Made by a program: the position numbers and the translations under genes | In this document: piece after piece, positions 50,404 through 62,000 of the stretch | How the letters are laid out: each line of letters begins with the position of its first letter | Numbering within the stretch: the first letter of the stretch is position 1 | Assembly (NCBI RefSeq): GCF_004010195.1 | Contig: NC_057719.1 | Span: forward strand, 68,382,567 to 68,444,566 | Direction: 5' to 3' | Origin: Chiloscyllium plagiosum | Taxonomy: Eukaryota | Length of the DNA stretch: 62,000 nt | The notes under the pieces: generated by a model | The model's input: the letters and a program-made list of their open reading frames with translations, nothing else | Database searches by the model: none | Told to the model about the DNA's origin: nothing

Positions 50404-50537
50404 TATTCCCTAATACTATCACTTTACAGTTAATCAAAATCTAGAGGGCTTTTTTTTCTTCCTTGTCCAATCTGTAGATTTGACTTAACTGCTTCTACTC
50501 AGCTGTTGTTCCGTGAAGTATTTTACTTTGACCACTC

Positions 50538-51119
50538 ACATAGAGTCATAGAAATGTACAGCATGGAAACAGACCCTTCAATTCAACCCGTCCATGCCGA
50601 CCAGATATCCCAACCCAATCTAGTCCCGCCCACCAGCACCCAGTCCATATCTCTCCAAACCCTTCCTATTCATATACCCATCCAAATGCCTCTTAAATGT
50701 TGCAATTGTACCAGCCAGATCCTCCAACCCTGGCAACATCCTTGTAAATCTTTTCTGAACCCTTTCAACTTTCATAACATCATTACGATAGGAAGGAGAC
50801 CAGAATTGCATGCAGTATTCCAACAGTGGCCTAACCAATGGTCTATACAGCCGCAACATGACTTCCCAACTCCTGTACTCAAAGCTCTGACCAATAAAGG
50901 AAAGCATACCAAACACCTTCTTCACTATCCTATCTACCTGCGACTCCAGTTTCAAGGAGCTATGAACCTGCATTCCAAGGTCTCTTTGTTCAGCAACACT
51001 CCCTAGGACCTTACCATTAAGTGTATAAGTCCTGCTAAGATTTGTTTCCCAAAATGCATCACCTTGCATTTATCTGAATTAAACTCCATCTGCCACTTCT
51101 CAGCCCATTGGCCTATCTG
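50538..51119 (-). mobile_element. Young CR1 3' part with an internal deletion at ~50715
   Basis: ORF 50620..51069(-) closely matches 56338-57088(+). Confidence 0.95.
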
Positions 51120-51330
51120 TGCTGAGAGCTTAGATTTTCTCAGTCTTTTAATGATCTGCAGAATGCTAACCAAACATCCCTGGTCTGGAGGTTTCACAAA
51201 CTTTTCCGGAGATAAATTATTCATTCATTGCTTTGAACAATCTCCTGAAATGGGAGAGATTGGACTTACTTCTGACCCCTGTCAGATCTCCTTCAACCTG
51301 AACCCAAAGGCTTTCCAACTATTTTTTAAT

Positions 51331-51676
51331 CACAGAATCCCTACAGTGTGGAAACAGGCCTATCAGCCCAACAAGTCCACACTGACCCTCCAAAGAGAAC
51401 CCCACCCAGACCCTATCCCTGTAACCCTGCATTATTCCCATGGCTAATGCGCCTAACCTACACATCCTTGAACACTATGGGCAATTTACCTTGGCCAACC
51501 CGCTTAACCTGCACATCTTTGGATGTCGGGAAGAAACCAAAGCACCAGAAGGAAACTCATGCAGAAATGGGGAGAATGTACAAACTCCGCAGAGACAGTC
51601 GCCTGAGGCTAGAATCGAATTTGGGTCTCTGGCACTGTGAGGCAGCAGAGCTAACCACGAAGCCACCGTGCTGCCC
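51331..51676 (-). mobile_element. HE1-type V-SINE, full length
   Basis: Reverse-complement head, V-domain and tail. Confidence 0.9.
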
Positions 51677-52265
51677 TTTCTAGTTTTTTTTTTAAAATTG
51701 CTCCACTGAGATTCTACTACAGCTAATGGCTGAATGTGTTACCTTCTGTTGCAAACCCACACAGTATTGACAAACTTCCATTAACACTCCATGAGGCCTT
51801 CCCTTAAAAATTGGTTTCAAGTAATGGTTCCAAGAAGACTGACCTACTTAATATTTTAATCTCTTCACAAAAACTAGACCAATATCTCTATACCACTAGC
51901 TTGAAAGCTAAATCTTATTAAAATAAACAGAGATATCATTACACCATTGGAATCTGACTTGTCCAGTAGTAACATATTTAACTCTGAATTACAATAATGG
52001 GAAAAGTAGAGATCTGGAACCCAAGATAGAGCTGCTTTTTGTTTTCTGCACGCTGACCTAAGAGGTCTTTCTCAATATTGTAACCGGAAAAATTGTACTT
52101 TTTCATCATAGTGGGCAGAAGCTGGCAGTTACTTAGACAGATTTGGATGGAAGTTATGACCATCAGCAAATAAATTATGTTGAAGAACTGGATTTAATGT
52201 CGGTAAAGTTTCAATTACCTCATTCACCTTGGCAAGGTGACAGCATCACCAAACAGTAAGATATG

Positions 52266-52435
52266 ATTAGATTAGATTACTTACAATGTAGAAACAGGTC
52301 CTTCGGCCCAACAAGTCCACACCAACCCTCCGAAGAGCAACCCACCTAGACCCATTCCCCTACATTTACCCCTTCACCTAACACTACGGGCAATTTAACA
52401 TGGCCAATTCACCTAACCTGCACATTTTTGGACTG
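52266..52435 (-). mobile_element. HE1-type SINE, 3' half
   Basis: (ttaga)n tail and cttcggcccaacaagtccac. Confidence 0.9.
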
Positions 52436-52539
52436 CCTCTGAGTATTCAACCTCTAGAAACCACACCAGCTTAGGAATCTGAATGTGTATGCTACTCCTG
52501 CAAATAGAATGTGAGCTCAGAGCACCTACTGCACTCTCA

Positions 52540-53245
52540 GCAAGGCTTGTTGAAGTAGCTGAGCTGCAATTAAGGATTTTCCAACATTGATCCTTGTGAC
52601 TTCCTGTCTCTCTTAGCTGCTGACAATGGCCAGAGAGGCCGCATTGCTTTCATTCTCTGTTATTGACCTTGCCAGCAAAAAGGCACTGACATGAGAAGGG
52701 GCTCCATATTTCCATGTCGTAATCATCATCTAGGAGGGAGCTTATGGAGATTGCTAGGATGACCCATTCTCTGGAGGACTGTGTTTTGGAGAGAGCAGCA
52801 GACCTTGCAATAATAGCAAATTGCAAAGTTAAACCTGACCAGTGTAAATATTGGAATAGCAACTTCAGATACCTCACTGGCTGCTCAGATAGTGAGCAGA
52901 TAATCTGGGGTATAGTGCCTCTGACCAGGTTCTCAAGGAGGGGTAAGTATCCTTTCTTTAAGATATATCCCTTGTTTCCTTGAATCCATCCACATCATTT
53001 GGGGATTGGGGAGACTGACGAGCTACAGGAAACTGGACTGACAGCAGATGAAGGAATCATGGGAGCTGCTCAGATAGTGAGTTCAGACAGACAGGAAATT
53101 CTTGTTGTGGCCACAGATCAGCTGAACATCTTCCACTTCCTATTGATAAATCGCATTCTGTGCCTCAGTTAGTGCCTTGATGGCCACGAGTGCAATTAAT
53201 GATGCTTTGTAGTTGGAAAGATCCAGTGGTGAGGATAAGACCCAT
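52540..53245 (-). pseudogene. Decayed PIF/Harbinger (HARBI1-like) DDE transposase
   Basis: Minus strand gives TTGSFQ (~53230), AIKALTEA, DVQLICGHNKNFLSV*THYLSSSHDSFI (53130-53047) and GNKGY (~52975) in the canonical order. Confidence 0.8.
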
Positions 53246-53299
53246 TTCCCTCTGTATGTGAGGTCCCATCTTCCTGAACTGGCATGTACTATCCAGCTC

Positions 53300-53685
53300 T
53301 TGCAAGAGGTATATGATTGAAGCATATGAAATGCTAAAGAGGATTGATAAATGGATGTCAAATGTATGTTCTTCTTTGTGGGACAGTCTCGAACAAGAGG
53401 TCATAGATATAGAGTGAGAGGAGGTAGGTTCAAAACTGAGATGAGGAGAAACTACTTCTCTCAGAGGGTCATGAATCTGTGGAACTCACTGCCCCAGAGT
53501 GCAGCAGAGACATAATCAATCAACAGATTCAAGAATGAAATAGATACATTTCTTATGAAAAGCGCAATGGGGAGCAGGCAGGAAAGTGGAGTTGAGACCA
53601 GGATAAGAGCAGTCATGATCATGTTAAATGTGTGGGTTTAAAGGGTTGAATTGCCTATTTCTGCTCCTAATTCCTCAGTTTCTAT
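53300..53685 (+). mobile_element. CR1 3' end
   Basis: gagatgaggagaaactacttctctcagagggtcatgaatctgtggaactc plus tail. Confidence 0.85.
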
Positions 53686-54649
53686 GATGTACAATGCAAA
53701 ATGTTACCATGGTGCACGGCTGCTTTTTGGAAGGAGACAGTACTGAGGAAGTGATTCAACAGTTAGTAGCAGGAGATGATGAACAGTTCTGTGAGATCTT
53801 CCACCATGACAGCTCTAACATTCCTACAAAGGAAGTTGCTCCTCATCATCACTGAACCCTTTATTGATTTATACTATCATTATCAGCCATTGCCATGTAT
53901 GCACTCAACTTGACTCCTAATAATGCACAAAAGCATCATTCCCTTCCTCCTCGGCCCCAAGATACCAAGCGATTGTTAATCCCTGCAATACTCTCCCCAC
54001 AACCAGTGCATGCCTCATAGCACCTGTATGCCAATGGCTGTGTGGCTCTCACAATTGTGATGGTCTTTTTTGGGTTGAATTAGTGCAGCCATGACTGATT
54101 CCTGGTTGCTACCTCCAAGCAACCATGTCCCTCCTAAGCTAACTTCCAACCTGGGCTTCCATGATCTCTCAATGAACTCCTAACCTCACTTATTTAGACT
54201 TATTGCCAGATCTATCAAGTTTCTGGAGTTGTCTTCTTCTAATTTGAGGAAAATGCCCATGAAATGTCTACCCTTATGTTCAATGGGACCTAAATGTCAG
54301 GCCCCTAGCTGGTGCTTAGCATTGCTCTATAATGGCAAACAGTCTCCAATACTGAGACAGCTGAATTGTCATGTTTGTGCCATGTTCCATTGGAAATGTC
54401 TATGCAGATACAGAATGAGAATTCTTTAATGTTTGGCTTAATCTCTGATCCCTTCAAACTGATTGCTGTAAAATTACAGAGAATCATGAACGAGTGAATG
54501 GCAGAATTCGAAAGTGTACTTGGACTTTGCATTAAAATTTCCGATGCAAGTAATGTTAACTGAGGCATGACTTTCATCTGAAATGCACTCAAATGAGCAT
54601 CCACACTGACGTACGCTAGCTGACGTACACTGGGCGCAGGCTGATCAGA

Positions 54650-55422
54650 AGCAGGTCACAGGTAAACAAGTGGTGAAGAAGGCATTTGACATGCTTGCCT
54701 TCATTTCTCAGACATTTGAGTATAGGAATTGGGATGACATATAGAGATTGTACAGGACTGGAGTACTGTGTGAAGTTCTGGTCACTCTGTTATAGGAAGG
54801 ACATTATTAAATTGGAGAGGGTTCAGAAAAAAAATTACCAGGATGTTGTCAGGGGAATGGAAAGTTGGAATTATAAGGAGAGGCTGGATAGGCTGGGACT
54901 TTTCTCCCTGGAGTGTAGGAGGTTGAGGGATGATTTTAAAGACATTTATAAAATCATGAAGGGTATAGATAAAGTGAATCGAAGGTGGGGAGTTCAAAAC
55001 TAGGGGGCATATTTTTGGTTCCTGACGAAGGGCTTTGGCTGAAACGTCAATTTTCCTGCTCTTCAGATGCTGCCTGACCTGCTATGCTTTTCCAGCACCA
55101 CTCTAATCTTGACTCTGATCTCCAATACCCAGTTCTGCCTGGCATATTTTTAAGGTGAGAGGAGAAAGTTTTAAAAAGGACATGAAGGACAACCTTTTTA
55201 CACAGAGAGTCATTTATGTTTTGAGTGAACTGCCAGAGGAAGTGATGGATGTAGATATGTGACAACATGTATAGGACATTCGGATCAGTACATGAACAGG
55301 AAAGGTTTGGAGGGATATTGGCCAAACGAAGGCAGGTGGTACTAGTTTATCTTGGAAGCATGGTTAGCATGAACTATTTTGATCAAAGGGTCTGTTTCCA
55401 TGCTGTATAACTCTCTGATTTT
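54650..55422 (+). mobile_element. CR1 3' part (host of the 55017 insertion)
   Basis: LEYCVKFWS..RKDIIKLERVQ..YKERLDRLGLFSLECRRLR. Confidence 0.9.
55017..55140 (+). mobile_element. Single-arm PLE mini-element (family A) with HHR at its 5' end
   Basis: CTGACGA-agggctttggct-GAAACGTC; perfect TSD ggcatattttt at 55006-55016 and 55141-55151. Confidence 0.9.
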
Positions 55423-56169
55423 ATGTGTGAGCTCTATACTCAAACTTCTCATGCAGGTTGCTTTAACTTTTCTGACTGAACAGTATCAGATGTCAGAGTG
55501 AAGTTCTGGCTATCTGATTCATGTGCAAGCCTTTTAAGCTCTACCTTGCATGATATCAGGTTTTAAACTTGGATGCTCTTCCCCTATTAAAAAAAACCCT
55601 ACAGTGAACCATGTGATAAAAAACATAGATTTGAAGGAATAAACCAACAAACACATTTTTAATTGTAAGAAACTCTAATGTGAAAACAAGCAGTCAAAGA
55701 TTTCAAAGAATTAGTTGTAATAGTGTGAGGCTGAGAGCATTCACATTAACCTATAGTTGTGACATGGAATTCTGCAGAGTTGTGACTGTCAAGACTTTAG
55801 TTAGTGTGTATTGGTGAATTTTTGTGTGAATCTTGAAGCATTTTTTTTCTGCTAGTCTTAGAAAACATAATTTGACCCATCATAATCAAGAAAGTCTCTG
55901 AAGTTCAGAAAGGGGACTGCAGAGCAATTGCTGAGATTGAGGCAATTTTTCTGAGGAGCAATCTTTTGAAGCAGTTTACCTGAAGTGAGTGATTATCAAA
56001 GTTAAGCTAATGCAAAAAGCAATTCCATGAAAACAGAGGACCTTAAGGTACTATATCTGACAAAAGGTGATTAATTTGGAAAATGTGTCTCTTGGAGAAC
56101 TTGACTCAAACAACTGTTCAATTATACCAGATTCAACCAGTCAAATGCAACAATGGATAAATATTTCAT

Positions 56170-57185
56170 GAAGTGCCACCAGGATCGGTGCTGGATCCTC
56201 TACTTTTTGTCATTTATATAAATGATTTGGATGTGAGCATAGAAGGCATAGTTAGTAAATTTGCAGATGCCACCAAAATTGGAGGTGTAGTGGACAGTGA
56301 AGAGGGTTACCTCAGATTACAATAGGATCTGGACCAGATGGGCCAATGGGCTGAGAAGTGGCAGATGGAGTTTAATTCAGATAAATGCGAGGTGCTGCAT
56401 TTTGGGAAAGCAAATCTTAGCAGAACTTATACACTTAATGGTAAGGTCCTAGGGAGTGTTGCTGAACAAAGAGACCTTGGAGAACAGGTTCAATGCTCCT
56501 TGAAATTGGAGTCGCAGGTAGATAGAATAGTGAAGAAGGCATTTGGTATGCTTTCCTTTATTGGTCAGAGTATTGAGTACAGGAGTTGGGAGATCATGTT
56601 GCGGCTGTACAGGACATTGGTTAGGCCACTGTTGGAATATTGCATGCAATTCTGGTCTCCTTCCTATCGGAAAGGTGTTGTAAAACTTGAAAGGGTTCAG
56701 AGAAGATTTACAAGGATGTTGCCAAGGTTGGACGATTTGAGCTATAGGGAGTAGCTGAACAGGCTGGGGCTGTTTTCCCTGGAGCAGCGGAGGCTGAGGG
56801 GTGACCGTATAGAGGTTTACAAAATCACAAGGGACATGGCTAGGATAAATAGACAGTCTTTTTCCTGGGCTGGGGGAGTCCAGAACTAATTGGCATAGGT
56901 TTAGGGTGAGAGGGGAAAGATATAAAAGGGGCAACCTTTTCATGCAGAGGGTGATATGTGTATTGAATGAGCTGCCAGAGGAAGTGGTGGAGGTTGGTAC
57001 AATTGCAACATTTAAGAGGCATTTGGATGGGTATATGAATAGGAAGGGTTTGGAGGGATATGGGCCGGGTGCTGGCAGGTGGGACTAGATTAGGTTGGAT
57101 ATCTGGTCATCATGGACGGGTTGGACCGAAGGGTCTGTTTCCATGCTGTACATCTCTATGACTCGATGACTCTATAACTCTATAA
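56170..57185 (+). mobile_element. Young 5'-truncated CR1 (HER1-like) LINE: RT C-terminus to 3' tail
   Basis: VPPGSVLDP and KFADAT motifs, ORF 56338..56754, premature stop, 8-bp tail repeats (ctatgact-like). Confidence 0.95.
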
Positions 57186-59767
57186 CATAATTACACTTTT
57201 TACACAATGAGTTATCAAAGCAATAGCAATCAGATAATGGCAATAATTAGCTAGACCAAATATTCTGAACTCAACTAAATTCTCCATGGGATTAAGATTT
57301 ATGCCCGTCCATGGATGCTTTTGCCAGTGAACAGCCAATAATACATTGCGTGTCCATCTCACTCCTTTCCCATCCACTACTGACCTGTTCCCCACAATAG
57401 AGAGGGGGGATAAGTGACCCACCAGGGTGCACACTTTTAAACTGGAAGCACTTAACTGCCCATTAACTTAGCAATTAAGGCCCTCAAACCACTTCGATTG
57501 CCATAAATCTTCAATTATGGCAAGCAGGCCAGGGTTGAATGGGCTTCTTTGTAAAGACAGGCAGAATGGAGAGCACAATTGGAGATCTTCCTATTTTCCC
57601 TCCTCCAAAGAGGTCAACTCTGCCACACCCCTTTTTGTTCTTCCTCACTGGTCCTCCAGAACCAGGCTTCTCTTTGTGAAAAGCTTTTGTGCAATTACCA
57701 CCACACATTTGCCTACACCTTCTTGTATTTTGAACAGATTGGCCAACAGGTGAAACCTCCTGTTCAGGAAGAGTGAATTCTGATCCTAATCTCGTTTACT
57801 AACCCCCACACTTACCACCACCACATTATTGCTGTGATGCATATACCCTCTCTATCATAGGTTCCAGCCAATCAAGCCTAATACAGAAGCTGAAGAAAAG
57901 GTAGGAACTTTAAGTGAATCTGTCCAGGAATTTGTGCTAGAACCTCTCCTCTATCTGATCTTCATGATCTTTCTGGATTGAGTTTTTACAGATGAAAATA
58001 TTTGTAGTTAATACTATATTTAGAGGTATATAGAATCTGAAAAGCCATCTGAAAAAATGCAGAATGTCCCAGATATTACATGTGATTCAATGCAGAATAG
58101 TACATATTGTAACTCATTTGGAATATTTCATTAATGGTGTTGCACTAGCCAGTACAGAAACTGGGAGAGATCATTGTCAAGGCAGGGTCTGATGTTTGCC
58201 AGCTTGCAAGTTCCCGCTACTGGCTGGCATGCCAGTTTCATACCATCGCCTGGTAATTTCTTTTAAGGCTAGATTGGAAAGTTATGGATACCTGTTTCCC
58301 AGCAGGTGACCAATGAGGCCAATTGAGATCACACATTAGAAACCTACAGGGAGGATCTCTGCACAGGCCAAAACCCTGTTGATGAAGAGGTAGCCTCCAG
58401 TGAGGTGGGAGACTGCACTCCAAATCAACACATTTTACTTTTATTTTTTAAGACAATATTCAGAGGTCACCTCCTTCTTAAGGTGCCTTGTTGTTCCCTC
58501 AGCTACACTGGTAACTACATTTGGCTGGCACCTTGCTAACCTTTCATTGTTGGAGGGTTTCCTATGGACCCAGGAGCTTACTCTCTGTTCCTAACTGAAA
58601 TTAACTCCCAAAGGGGGATAATTAACTATCTGTCTCCCCAAAAATCATCCTCTAGGTCCCAGTGGCAGGACTGAATCTCAACTGGCACTTCCTTCTTACA
58701 GCTGGATCAAGACCTGGGAAAAGAAAATTAGCTCCTTGGGCTTGTGGAAGACTCTAAATGAACTGCATCTGTTAATTTTATCGTAATCATTAATATACAA
58801 CATTGAAAGGCATAGTTTCATTAAGTACTTTTAATTAAATACTGTTTATAAAAATTTATAAAAGCCCTTATAAAGAGAGACAGCTGGAACATTGGGCTAG
58901 GAGATAAGAAACACTCTTTATATAATATTGCATTCTGTGTTATCAAGAAAAGTATTATTGTCTAGTTTCATAATTCACCAGCTGACTGAAGTTCAGACAA
59001 ACAACAATCAATCACATAAAGCAGTAATTAACAAAACAAACATAATAGTGAGCTCTTGTATAGTATTCTGCTCAGGCCACACCTTGAGTTATAATTTCAA
59101 CTGGGCCATAAGACATAAAGAAATTGTATAAATAAAGAGGTGATTCAGGGAGGAACATCAAGGCTAATTCTTATATTCATAATTTGAGTTACAAGGAACA
59201 TATAGAAAATCCTCAGTTTTGAAAGATGTGAAGACAAGGAGTCTTGTAACATATATGTGTAGATAAGATGCAAAGAGAGATGTAAAGTAGTACTTTTTCA
59301 CGCAATGAGTGATCAATACTTGAGGATAATAAAGGCAAAAGATTCTACTGACTGTTGAGATTGGGTTTCAATGGGATGATGAGTGACTCATTCATTTTTA
59401 TATTTTTGTGACTGGTCGTTTTTGCATATGTTTTGTTCTATTGCAGGTTTATTTTGTTATTTTTAAAACATTCCCTCTTATTTAATTTTATTTATAAAAA
59501 TCCATCACAAATAGGTAACCATACCTAGAATCCGAATGTGTTCTTCAATTGCTTTGTCTTTATTTTTGTTGTCTCCTGACACTGATTTTTGGTTTGAATG
59601 GATAACTTTTCAGTTATAAGTTTCTAACCCTGTTTTTAAAAGTTTTGATGCCAGCAAAATCCCATTCACTATTTGTTAAAGGACTAGACATTGCTCAATT
59701 ATGTGTTATTGTATAAGTGTCTGCAAAGGTTCATACTTAAGAGTTCATTCAGCTCCACCCAATATTT

Positions 59768-60054
59768 GAGTAGCATGGTGGCTCAATGGTTAGTACTGCT
59801 GCCTAATAGTGCCAGAAATCCAGGTTCAGTTCCAGCCTTGAGCGACTGATAGTGTGGAGTTTGTACATTCTGCGTGGATTTGCTCGAGGTGCTCCGGTTT
59901 CTTCATATGCAGGTTAGGTGATCTGGCCATGCTAAATTGCCCAAATTATTCAGGGGTTAGTTAGGGGAATGGGTCTGAGTGAGTTAATCTTCAGACGGTT
60001 GGTGTGGTCATGTTAGGCCAAATGACCTGTTTCTACACTTGTAGGGATTCTATG
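59768..60054 (+). mobile_element. Older HE1-type V-SINE
   Basis: A and B boxes, partly deleted V-domain, tail. Confidence 0.85.
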
Positions 60055-60634
60055 TTTTTGAGTGACCCCCATTCTGTTATGGAGCAGTTTTGGATCTTGG
60101 AGAGGTAGAATCTAGCAGAGAAGTCTCTCTCATACTCTCAGTAACATGTCTATCTTGCCAATGTAACTCATTCCTAATTGCCACAACATTGCCAGTGGTG
60201 CAGATCAGTCGATTCTTCAAAGACAGCTTTAAAAGGCAGCTTGGGTGGATAGCAGCTGGAATTCAGGAATCCTGCAAAAGAGGGCCTCATGGTAAGATTA
60301 AGCAAGATAGAATCTACAATTAATCATTTAAAAAAAAACCCAGACCCATTAAGAGATATTCTGCAATGACTGAGAGCTTGAAACTTCAAACTGCGAACAC
60401 TAGTCACACGAAATGATTACAAATTTCATCAAAAACCTGTAGAAGTGCAGGGTTCAGCTGTAAAGCAAACACCAGTGGTAACTGTTTGAGTAAAGTTAAA
60501 ATCCCAAGTTGCCAAGAGATAAACTGCACAGCTTACAGGCTGGAAAAGCTTGAAATATTTACAGCTCAGTCAGAACATCACTGCCATAGCAGACAGATGC
60601 CACAAGACAGAAGAAAGTGAGGTTTTCAGCAACT

Positions 60635-60814
60635 AGGTGAAAGTGAGCCCAGTAGATTTTGGAGAGTCAGAGTCTGAAAGGGTGGTGCTGGAAAAGCACA
60701 GCAGGTCAGGCCATATTCAAGGAGAGGGAGATTCGAAATTTTAGGTGTAAGCCTGCTGAAGGACTTTTGCCTGAAATGTCGACTCTCCTGCTCCTCGGAT
60801 GCTGCCTGACTTGC
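60635..60814. mobile_element. Older palindromic PLE mini-element (family A)
   Basis: Long left arm, centre cctgctgaaggacttttgcctgaaatgtc (decayed HHR), short right arm. Confidence 0.8.
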
Positions 60815-62000
60815 ACCAACCTACTTTTCCTGTGTCACCCTTTTCGACTTGGAGACCATCAGACAGACTACCATAAAGAGAATCATGGACCACAGAAGGA
60901 ATTTAAACTAAAGTCACAGACCCAAGAATATCAAAAAGCCAGAACCAAAGACGTAAAGGGCAACTTATATGTCAAAACAGATAAAATCTAACAGAAGAAG
61001 TTAGCTGTCTATTGAAACTGCAGAAAAGGTGGGTGATTGGGTACAAACCATTGTAAAGTGAGAAATATTTATTTAAACCACACATAATGGGGTTCATCAA
61101 GGGGGGAAAAGACTTGGAGCAACAGGGATAATTAGTAGCACTGCAGATAGTAAGAACGCTCTAGAAAAATCTGCTTAAGGGTTCATTTTATAGAGCTGTA
61201 AAGAGCGCTATGAATTTGGTACAGTTGTTATGAGTATGGGAATCATAAAAAAGGCAGGCAGTGAAATTCATCCAGTAAAGCCTTCAAGCGAATGGGATCT
61301 ATTATTAAAGCCACAAGCAATTTGATTCATTACATGAAATTGGCAGAATCCATTCATTTTCCCTAAAGACACACATGAGAAGAGAGTTCAGAGATTAAGG
61401 CAGACACCAGATACTGATAGTCATTGTCAGCGCAAGGAAACCTCACAGGCACAAACAGTGCCCAGCTATTGAAAATAATGTTTTATCTGTAAAAATTGAA
61501 ACCTGGATCCATCTCTACTGGGAATTTCTAATTTATTTTTCAAATTGAATTCTGTTATTAGGGAAGGATTGTTCTGGAGTACATGTACCTGGATAAATTT
61601 GAAAGTGGCATTTTTTTCATAGAAAAATGACATTGTAAAAGGTGGCGTTGTGAATATATCTCAGTCAGGGTTAACTGCATTTAATAAATCTTACATGGAG
61701 GCACGGACAAGAAAAAGCAGGAAATGCAATGTTCTCTGAAGTCCAATTTTTTTAGTGCAAGTTATTCACTGATGAAACACTTCAAGGTCAGCAGTGTAGT
61801 GTCGCAAAAGCATTCCTGATGGTGTTATCCCAAATCTATCGAGACCACAGTGCCAATTCCAAGGAGCCCTGTGCTGTATGAGGGTGGTACAATTTGTCAT
61901 CCTTAAAAATAAGATTTTGTGCATGGACTATTTTAGTTGCTAATTTAAAATGAATAAAATTAACCTTTTTAAAACTGTAAAAAGGAAAGGGAGCAACATA

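Noticed and set aside
54606..54630. Repeated ctgacgtac (CRE-like)
   Set aside because: Lies at a TE boundary with no promoter context.
57380..58720. Possible non-autonomous DNA transposon relics
   Set aside because: Repeat-like, but I could not fix TIRs or TSDs.
1..62000. Host protein-coding exons among the listed ORFs
   Set aside because: All recognisable ORFs are TE-derived or antisense shadows; the rest are short and motif-free. Small spliced exons cannot be excluded by eye.
60350..62000. Possible LTR-element remnants (also 49940-50185 and 55690-56165)
   Set aside because: No PBS, PPT, paired LTR or protein motif that I can support.

Overview
AT-rich, repeat-dense vertebrate genomic DNA with no host protein-coding gene that I can recognise. 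HE1-type V-SINEs sharing their 3' tail with CR1 (HER1-like) LINEs point to a shark or ray; this is an inference. The window holds two Penelope-like retroelements (PLEs): a Poseidon-type at 1-1395 and a Neptune-type at 26227-28801. It also holds decayed Gypsy, CR1 and Harbinger relics, Tc1/pogo-type MITEs and several TE-poor stretches that look like conserved non-coding elements. The most notable signal is about 15 minimal hammerhead ribozyme (HHR) motifs (CTGANGA-stem II-GAAAC-GT-H) from at least four PLE families. Many sit in short non-coding palindromic or single-arm mini-elements, several flanked by 8-14 bp target-site duplications (TSDs). In both long PLE copies an element junction falls at the predicted HHR cleavage site. 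All calls are by eye; boundaries are approximate unless a TSD or terminal inverted repeat (TIR) is quoted.
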